DNA of 64,000 bases. Source: Histomonas meleagridis 2922-C6/04-290x (lineage: Eukaryota; Protista; Parabasalia). The stretch is taken from positions 216,560 to 280,559 of the forward strand of contig JAANOX010000018.1 of the NCBI GenBank assembly GCA_020184695.1, in the 5' to 3' direction. The notes under the pieces are model-generated. The model searched no databases. It worked only from the letters and a program-made list of their open reading frames with translations, and was not told the DNA's origin. Below are positions 56,901 through 64,000 of this stretch, one piece after another (the first letter of the stretch is position 1; each line of letters begins with the position of its first letter). A program made the position numbers and the translations under genes.

Positions 56901-58735
56901 ATGATAAATTAAAGAATTTATATGAATTAAAAACAAAATTAATTAAATCAATTAATGATACAAATCAAGAATTAGAAAACATTAACTTAACTATTGGAAC
57001 AGAAGATAATGAATTTATTAAATATCATATTGATAATAACTCAAATATCGTAAAGAAATCAAATGAAAAAATTCAAATTAATTTACCAACACCTGAAATT
57101 TTATCTTTTAATGAACAAGTTGCAATTGCTGCTAAGAAACGAATTGATTTACAAATGAACAAACAAAAACAATCATCGAATATAAATCGAAGGAATTTAA
57201 TGAGAAATAAACAAAATAATATAATAATAAATAAAAAGAAATCAAATAATCAACAAAAATATTCCGAAATAGAATTAATTGAACAAAATGAAATGAAAAT
57301 TAATTTAATTTATCGAAGAAAAACTTTAATTTCTAGAATTAAAAACGCAATTAAAAAATTCGATCAAAAAGTTGTGGATTTAATACATGAAAAAGTTTCT
57401 GTTAATGCGACAATTGAACTCGCTGAATTAAGACTCGTTTTAATGTATCGAGAATTTAAACTTTTGGCTAAACTTGAAATGAAAGATCATGAATTAAATA
57501 GTAAATTAAAAGAACAACAAAAACTAATGAATGATATCGATGCTAAAGTTGAAAAACAAACAAAAAATTTAAAAAGACAAGAACAATTAATTGAAGATGC
57601 TCAAAAAGATTTACGTAAAATTACCAAAAAATTCGATTTGTTAGTTGATTCATCTTCAAAATTTCATGATCAATTACAAAAAATTTTTAGTTTTAATATT
57701 AGAAGAAATGCTAAGAAAAATGAAAGCGACGAAATTGACGTGGATATTAGTACGCTTGACGTGGACGCTGTTAAAAAGATGTTTGAGGCCCAATCGATGG
57801 AGAAAGAAGAAGACACTTGTCCGCAAGGCTGTGACCCGGCACTTTTCGATAAAGTTCTCGATTTGAGGGAGTCAAAAATGGATATCGTCGATAAAATAAC
57901 CGCCGCGCAAACTACTAAAGAGAAAATCAAACATGAATGTGACTCAATACAATTCAAAAGAAAAGGATTAGAAACATCTTTCTGTCAAATTAAACAAGAA
58001 TTTGAAGAGTTCCAACATGAGAAACAACGACATTTAAATGATTTAAACTTTTCAATGTCATTACAGTTTCATCAAATACAAAATCTCGAATCAACAGAAG
58101 TACAAACACCTAAAGGCACTACAATTACTAAGGGTTTACCGAGTGATTTAAGTCGATCATTAGTATTTACAAATTCTGGATTAAAACGATTACAACAACA
58201 AGAACAAAACTTAAAGAATGATAGAGCAGCATGTATTACAATGATGAAAGGCAACATTGCCAAGTTCCATGAAGATCAAAAAGAGAAAGAAAAGATCAGA
58301 CAAATGATTGCGGCACAACAAAAGAAACTTTTGGACATTCAGCAACTTAAATTTGGGCAAAGCGTTGACTTAGTCACCTTAGAAAGCATGAAAGTTAATC
58401 CCGAAGCCGACAAAATCAAAGAAACGATTAAAGAAGTCGAAAGTAAGCAAAACGACGAAATGAACAAAATATTAAACAAAATCGAAGAGGCGAAGGAGAC
58501 ACTGAACGCGGAGATACAACGTAACACTGCGCTGCTGAACAACTTGGCGACGCTGACCGAGCAGCAGAGCGAAATAGAGCACGTGCTGCAGAGCCCGAGA
58601 AGAAACCAAACAGCGGACGAGTTCAAGCAGGACTTGGGGCTCGCCAACCCGGACGAGCTGCTGTCGGAGTACGTGAAGAACGACGAGCTGATCGATAAGC
58701 TGAACGAAGAAATTGGGCTGCTAAAGCGTAGGTAA
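53990..58735 (+). CDS. CFAP44: Cilia- and flagella-associated protein 44 (WDR52)-like
   Basis: WD40 region LASVGTYPDYTLTIWDW...SKAFSQDVFRVTFS; long coiled coil containing CPQGCDPALFDKVLDLRE. Confidence 0.88.
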   Translation: MNEETKDDSQTQPETEDENNKSHLTPDFFYDDLELLEQSPTKSQFDDNYQISYVYGFDLNKRYNAIPVDEDTLLLSAGNFSFFLDISNSREYIINGHDKGVNCIAVHPKGKYVAIGEIGDNPSIYIYQFRNKKLYRILKGGTESAFTALNFSADGTMLASVGTYPDYTLTIWDWEKETLLLRSKAFSQDVFRVTFSETLKGNLTTSGVGHIRFWEMAHTFTGLKLQGEIGKFGNIEISDISGYSMFPDGKVLSGSENGNLLLWQDSIVKCEFRRSNGKSCHNGMIESVFHKGHDIITGGKDGVIRVWDFSTIDTAETDDTTIPVNLTMKSKLRINENASIKCMHMLGNEYLIVDSNSGIYKADLSKKEVTNIQKFHSGSINTISFSPNEPMFVTGGEDGYLRIWDINENKMINEIKFECSITKIYWPSLDIDMNGTTLYVGFKDGCLRVLLIGKNGIILKQPLKPHTKAIRDIAKSPITKMLATTGDDGSVFFFAIESELVPLGFTYINGKKPNTKEEITQAAITGIPIKDDKEYSKGIRIRWSDVVSIECSDGTIASVSPPSLIPNDNNESYYLDIPIEILQNGKIDEDITSFCMRDEGDVIGKKDGCIVFDNYSKKIHSSAITAIAFSNDDIWLVTGSSNGELFLFKRSQIKTRIFTPLNLKDINMELIPKVNDIKKDDYSIEEEKQKSELDKRIQEAEKKKELIKQKIEEKRKEFNSIVEENNKAPNYMKLGLESFKIDPFMYDIQEKKSKELEKDASNSTMWEAEKSRVSLNKVKERLLRNIEEESFKVSTINGEISVESFRIIKLDSEVIDLIQTESNTNTSIQSDIESSTNETSLIDSSEKSITEKTDLISISTLDNNTIRNKRKTFSRLKPMKNIVHTPNEHLKMRQKRDERKKAIMDMKPPLNYSDPDDLRAIEIAKNTIGDYKLKDDSEYIAPEEERINATKKRKQIMRIQNAIQDLKLNFNDKLKNLYELKTKLIKSINDTNQELENINLTIGTEDNEFIKYHIDNNSNIVKKSNEKIQINLPTPEILSFNEQVAIAAKKRIDLQMNKQKQSSNINRRNLMRNKQNNIIINKKKSNNQQKYSEIELIEQNEMKINLIYRRKTLISRIKNAIKKFDQKVVDLIHEKVSVNATIELAELRLVLMYREFKLLAKLEMKDHELNSKLKEQQKLMNDIDAKVEKQTKNLKRQEQLIEDAQKDLRKITKKFDLLVDSSSKFHDQLQKIFSFNIRRNAKKNESDEIDVDISTLDVDAVKKMFEAQSMEKEEDTCPQGCDPALFDKVLDLRESKMDIVDKITAAQTTKEKIKHECDSIQFKRKGLETSFCQIKQEFEEFQHEKQRHLNDLNFSMSLQFHQIQNLESTEVQTPKGTTITKGLPSDLSRSLVFTNSGLKRLQQQEQNLKNDRAACITMMKGNIAKFHEDQKEKEKIRQMIAAQQKKLLDIQQLKFGQSVDLVTLESMKVNPEADKIKETIKEVESKQNDEMNKILNKIEEAKETLNAEIQRNTALLNNLATLTEQQSEIEHVLQSPRRNQTADEFKQDLGLANPDELLSEYVKNDELIDKLNEEIGLLKRR

Positions 58736-59199
58736 ATGTTTTAAATTTCTTTTGATATGTTCGCAAACGTTGTGTGATGATGCGAAAGTATAAAATTTGG
58801 AGTTTTGGATATTGAATATATCGAAATGCGTATGCGAAATTTTCGAGATGCATTTGCAGAAATTTGAATATACATAACTATTCAGGTAGATATCATTAAA
58901 GATTATGTTTCAGAGTTCATATGCTCATTTAATTGAATTAGATAAGCCTGAATCATGATATTCAACCTAATTTAAGTCCGTAGTTTTGATTATGCTCTGG
59001 ACGAATGCACATGTGCATTTGAAGCATTGATTTATATACCATTTTCTTCAAATTTGGAAACATTGTTCACATTGATACGAGAATTGTATCCAATTATTTA
59101 ATCCTCACATTATTAAAAAAGTATGTGCCTTCTTATATAAAAAATTTTTATATCATATCAAAATTAAAATAATTGATTTTTATTATATATTTGCATTAT

Positions 59200-59580
59200 A
59201 ACCAATTATTTTCATCTTCTTTAACAATATCTGCAACTAAATAATTCACATTTTCATGTTGTTTTGTACTTGATGTTGTTGAATCTTTGAAGTGTAATTT
59301 TGAAGTAGATTAATCTTTTTTATTGTTATATTTAACTAAAAATATAACGATTCCAATAATTATCAAAACAAATGCAATTGATCCACAAATTATTCCAATA
59401 AAAGCTGGTGTTGTAATTCCATTCGATGATACGAATGGTTTTTTATTTGGATATTATGAATATGATTTCATAAATATACAATGATACAAATCAATATATT
59501 GATATAATGAGTGGAACCCAAGAAACATCATTTGCACCTTTATGGTAACATCTAAAACATACTATGAACCTTCATAGTAT
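59200..59580 (-). pseudogene. Relic of a type I membrane protein C-terminus
   Basis: GITTPAFIGIICGSIAFVLIIIGIVIFLVKYNNKKD* TM segment; upstream frames are broken; boundaries approximate. Confidence 0.4.
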
Positions 59581-59877
59581 TGAACACTTTGTTTTAACTC
59601 ACAAAAAAATATCTTGTCGAACAAAAAATGTTATTATCACAAAATGAATATTAAAAATAATAATAATAATTAAAACATATTTTTTTCATCATAAGTAAGC
59701 TCATTTATTGATTTTTTCCTGTACAAATATATACAGATTGGATTAAAAATGGGTTTCAGCCTTCACATTCCTGATGCATTTCGCATTTTTCTCCTGGAAC
59801 ACACTTTTTATCGTTTTTGTAGATCTTTTAAAAGTGAATACATCGGTTTACGATTAAATTCAATACAATTTAAAAAT

Positions 59878-60372
59878 ATGCAAAAAATCATTGTAATTGG
59901 AAATTCTGGAGCAGGTAAAAGTACATTTGCACGAAAATTAAAAGACAAAACAAATATTCCATTATATTATTTAGATATGTTATGGCATAACCCTGATAAA
60001 ACAAATATTTCTCGAGAAGAATTTGATATGAAACTTCATGAAATTATTAAAAAAGACAAATGGATTATTGATGGAAGTTATGTAAGGACATTAGAAGCGC
60101 GATTAAAAGCATGTGATACAGTTTTTCTTCTTGATTATCCATTGGAAGAATGTCTACTAAGCATTGAGGAAAGGGTTGGTAAACCACGTGAAGACATGCC
60201 ATGGATTGAAAGCGAGCTTGATGAAGAATTTAAACAATGGGTTATCAATTTTCCCAAAAATCAATTACCAAAAATATATGATTTAATAGATAAATATCAA
60301 AGAGACAAAGAAATCATCATTTTCAAGTCAAGGGACGAATCAGAAAATTATTTAAAAAGCTTATTACTTTGA
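59878..60372 (+). CDS. Adenylate-kinase-like P-loop protein (FlaR/topology-modulation protein family)
   Basis: MQKIIVIGNSGAGKSTFARKL...LDMLWH...WIIDGSY...CDTVFLLD; bacterial-type architecture; likely ATG at 59878. Confidence 0.85.
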   Translation: MQKIIVIGNSGAGKSTFARKLKDKTNIPLYYLDMLWHNPDKTNISREEFDMKLHEIIKKDKWIIDGSYVRTLEARLKACDTVFLLDYPLEECLLSIEERVGKPREDMPWIESELDEEFKQWVINFPKNQLPKIYDLIDKYQRDKEIIIFKSRDESENYLKSLLL

Positions 60373-60483
60373 GAAATAACTATAAATAAAGCAAAAATTT
60401 TTAAATTTAAACATTGAAATGTTTTTGAAAAACGTTATCGGCGTTGGAGCACGTTTATAATTAATTTTAAACGTAAATTTGTA

Positions 60484-61254
60484 ATGGAAGAAATTGAAGA
60501 ACTTGGTCAAAGAATATACTCAATTCAACAATGTATTGCTTATATAGCAAACGGAAATTATGATAAAGAGCTTATCAATCAAATGACATCAAGAATTGAG
60601 CAGATAGAAAATTTGTTAACTGAAATGGAAGAAAAGGTTGATTCACAACTTCCATTATTAAATGTAATTCCTGACTTGATTGTAGATATTAAAAAAATGT
60701 ATGAAGCATGTAAACAAATACCAGAAGCAGAAGAAGCAAATATTCAAATTGCACATCTCCCACTGAAAAAACAAGAAATCATACCTTCCGAACCAGCTCC
60801 AAGTTCTACACAGCAACCTCACGTTTCAAATCTACCTCTCCCTCAAAAATCAAAAAGAACATCTAAAATACCTCAACAAACACAGAAACCTACAGATGTG
60901 ATAATAAGACCAGCTACTGAAGATGAGGTTCAATCTGCTGCTCGGTATATCAATTTTAGGATTAAAATTGATAATTTGAATTCTTGGATAGAAGAACTTA
61001 ACACTGTCATTAACAAAAAATATGCGTTACTAAAGACAACAAACCCTAATAAGCTTCGTCAACAATCAAGATTGCTTTTTGATAGATACAAAAATGAAGA
61101 ACTTCCTGATGATGATCGAATATTCTTTACTCAGGAAGACATTAAAGATACTTCATTTAAGCCATCACACCGTAAAATGTTGATAGTATTGCAGAAGATT
61201 GGAAGAATCACACAATCAACAGATTCTGGCACGTGTAGGTACTTTATCAAATAA
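60484..61254 (+). CDS. SKA1: Spindle and kinetochore-associated protein 1-like
   Basis: N-terminal coiled coil, Pro-rich linker, and C-terminal IRPATEDEVQSAARYINFRI...FFTQEDIK...GTCRY matching the Ska1 microtubule-binding domain pattern. Confidence 0.7.
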   Translation: MEEIEELGQRIYSIQQCIAYIANGNYDKELINQMTSRIEQIENLLTEMEEKVDSQLPLLNVIPDLIVDIKKMYEACKQIPEAEEANIQIAHLPLKKQEIIPSEPAPSSTQQPHVSNLPLPQKSKRTSKIPQQTQKPTDVIIRPATEDEVQSAARYINFRIKIDNLNSWIEELNTVINKKYALLKTTNPNKLRQQSRLLFDRYKNEELPDDDRIFFTQEDIKDTSFKPSHRKMLIVLQKIGRITQSTDSGTCRYFIK

Positions 61255-61350
61255 AATGTTGTTTGTGTCGCAAAACTTTTTATTAGAATTAAATGCAAAA
61301 ATAGACAAAATTTTGAACTCATCAAAAAATTACAAAAAATTAAAAAGTAG

Positions 61351-61422
61351 TTCTCCCGGGAGGAATCGAACCTCCGTCCCGGGATTCAAAGTCCCATGTG
61401 CTAACCATTACACTACGGGAGA
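61351..61422 (-). tRNA. trnQ-UUG: tRNA-Gln (UUG)
   Basis: Cloverleaf TCTCCCG-TA-GTGTAATGGTTAGCAC-A-TGGGA-CTTTGAA-TCCCG-GGAC-GGAGG-TTCGATT-CCTCC-CGGGAGA-A; T-run terminator at 61342-46. Confidence 0.95.
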
Positions 61423-61555
61423 GAACTGAATACAAAGGTAATAATTTGTATGAATTATATAAAAACAATAAAGATTGAATCAGAAAAAGTTTTTAAAAGT
61501 ATCAAAATGATAAATTGTGATTGAAATATATTTATTAATTTCAAAATAATACACT

Positions 61556-62010
61556 TTAACTAGTTATTTGGCGAAGTTCATCTGCTAATTCCTTCCGATG
61601 CTTTTCTTCATCTTCTGTTAATTTAGCCTTCTGTGACATCATAGCTAGCTCTCTGTTTATTTCTACCTTCCTTTGCACTAAAATTCCTGAACTTTGCATG
61701 AATGATTGTGAAACTGTTGCATTTCTTCTAGTTTTAAAGATTCCAGAAAGCACTTCATATATTCCTCTTGTTGTCTGATCGATTCTATTTCAAGAGTATT
61801 ATGTACTTCAAGCAATCTCATTATTTCCAAAGTCTTGATTTGATTTGGTATCATTGAATCTTTCCGTATACTAATCATTTTTGCCTCTACTTTTTTTACC
61901 TGTTCCTCCACTTTTAGATGTGTAAAATATAATGTTGCTGGATCTGTTTCTTCTTTTATCATATGTACGGGGTGCCCCAATTTCAAATTTGGGTTAAAAA
62001 TTAACTGCAT
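61556..62010 (-). pseudogene. Small hypothetical gene split by a 2-nt frameshift
   Basis: Two overlapping ORFs join if one AT is removed from GAATATATGAAG at about 61757-62. Confidence 0.4.
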
Positions 62011-62688
62011 TTTGATTTTCGGTTTGTTGTTTTTGATGAAATTTGAGTTGTCAAATCATGGTGAAACGCATTCTTTAAATTCATTTACATTATGGAGTTG
62101 TTTAAAAATTTGTTATCATTTCTTGTGTAATTTTGGTCAGTATCAAATTTCGATTTGATTTCAATCAAACTAAAAAGGTGTTATTTTTTCTTTAGAAAAA
62201 AGCTTTTCAAACAATTAAGTTATGATGATTCACTTTGATATTTCGTGTTCAAACAATATGTAAGAAATGAAAAATTCGTTTGATACAAGTTATGACATCA
62301 ATTAGAGAGTTGTGGGCGGACCTTTTGCATTGTTAAAAAATGTGAAAATGTGTTTAACAAGAGTGTTTGGCGCTGATTTGACTATAGTTGCATCTATTTT
62401 TTGAGACTAAATATTTGGCATGAAAATTTCTATTAAATTATGTGATGATGGAAATCCACTCGGACCATTGAATGACAAAAATTTTTGTAGCCTAGTTTGG
62501 TCGCTTATGTTCAAAAAGTTGGTACGATACTATAAGGTTGGACGCAATTGGATATGTTTTTGCCCAAATCAATGCGGAGCGTTTTACCACTATATCACAT
62601 GTCTCGTGAATCTGTCAGTTTTAAAACCGTTTTGAAATATCCATCGCATTTTACTAAAATCAAAAACAAAATTAAATTAACACCTCTA

Positions 62689-64000
62689 TCAGTCATCAGA
62701 AGATTCCGAAACAAAAAGACGAGACTGTGAGAATTCGAATTTTGAGTTCTTTTCTTCTTCGCAATGGACTTTTTGCGTTTCTTTAATCACGTCGCTCGTA
62801 TCTCCGAACAAGAAGTCGGTACTTTCGGAGTCCAAAAACTTATTTTCGCTATTTTCGACATTTTCTTTTTTACCGTTATCCTCTTTTTTGGATGATAATT
62901 CCGAAGTGGAACTTTCTGTTTCGCTTATTTCATCAATAAAGATTTCTTTCTGAATTTCTCATAGTTTTCGGTGGTGTTATGTCACTTGAATGCACAAGAA
63001 AACCTCCAAGTGTTTCATCTTCTGTCTGCGAAGAAGTTGATTCCAAAATTAACGCATTCACTATCTTTTGTATGTTTGATATTTGTTTGGTGTTATCGTT
63101 GTAACTTTTAACACTTGGGATTTCATCTTCGCTACTCAGTGGGATAAGTGATGGAATTGAAAGTGAATCAATTGAAGACGTCGAAGGATTTGATTTGATA
63201 CTTTCATCTAATTCGTCGTGCATAAGACTACTGACTTGTGTTTTGTGCCAGCATTATGAAGAAGATTTTGAGTAGATTCTGTTAAAAGAAAGATTACATG
63301 GCCATCCTGATACTTCCCAGCACGTCCCATACGTTGTATAGTACGAAACAGGGGTGATTTTTTGTATCAGAATATTATGATAAGATCGACTCACCATATC
63401 AAGTCCTTCTTCCTATGGATGTTGATAATAAAGTGTATTATATATACCGCGTTTAAATGCATCCATGACTTTTAATTAGTTTGATTGATTTTGACCTCTC
63501 ATCAGACTTAGAAGATTGGCCTATGAACTCTGTACACTTAACAAATGTCTGATGAAGCACTAAGTTTTTGCACAATTTCAGATATGATTTTTCTGATATC
63601 ACAAAATATAATTGAACTAACTGAAGATTGAAGAAAATTAATAAACGATTTGGTAAGTTTCTCCATCTTATTATCTACTTGTGGAAGTCTCTTAGCTGTT
63701 TCAAGTAATTTTCTTAAACTCATCAAATTGCTCATCGCCGTTAACGTTCTCTGTTCTGAGTAAATCCGTTAATTCTCTCACAAAGTGGGAATTGAATACC
63801 CTTCCACTTTTCTCAACTTAAAATTCGAATTGCTTGAGTTATCGGATAAGAAGATTTATCAGGTAAAGGAGAAGCTAACAACTTCGTAATCGAACCTGTT
63901 GTAGTTCTTAAAGGGTCCACTTGAGAAACTAAAGAACACTTTCTTAATTCAATTAAATAAAACTGAAGAATTGAATTAAGTCTTGCTAATAATTCTTCAG
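62689..64000 (-). pseudogene. FANCM: FANCM/Mph1/Hef-like helicase, 3' part, multiply frameshifted (5' end outside the window)
   Basis: Fragments KMEKL...SIIFCDIR, FIGQSS, NTL.LSTSIG.EGLD.G.VDLII and RTIQRMGRAG lie across several frames; acidic S/E tail ends at TGA 62689-91. Confidence 0.8.

Noticed and set aside
62420-62730. Two short plus-strand ORFs
   Set aside because: No motifs; the second overlaps the 3' end of the FANCM-like gene on the other strand.

Overview
AT-rich eukaryotic DNA with almost no introns, using the standard genetic code. Actin sequence, DUF3447-ankyrin, BspA-like and BEACH genes and a mariner element point to a parabasalid (trichomonad/Tritrichomonas-like); this taxon call is inferred from gene content. 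About 25 apparently intact genes are present, including a CAMK kinase, GH5, BEACH, CDC50, tetraspanin, Rab, actin, nitroreductase, AlaX, Rpn10, MFS, Hsp70, Myb, Gmd, CK1, CFAP44, a FlaR-like kinase and SKA1, plus one tRNA-Gln. A 1312-bp DD34D mariner is inserted at a TA inside an ankyrin gene; removing it restores one ~1200-aa ORF. Pseudogene relics cluster at 27-33 kb, and a heavily frameshifted FANCM/Mph1 helicase lies at the window end. Main discovery: a DUF3447-ankyrin gene (45751->42563, minus strand) continues past its annotated stop as 11 stop-free ankyrin modules ending in a proper stop. Each module is separated by a non-GT-AG, AT-rich spacer at the same codon position; 8 of 11 are exactly 71 nt. 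The conserved ankyrin Gly codon sits inside the spacer, always 17 nt before the next module. The same spacer recurs at an unlinked locus (32560-32630). This suggests an unrecognised splicing, micro-exon or recoding mechanism. All homology calls are by motif recognition; no searches were run. Several starts were moved from the track's TTG/GTG codon to the first ATG.
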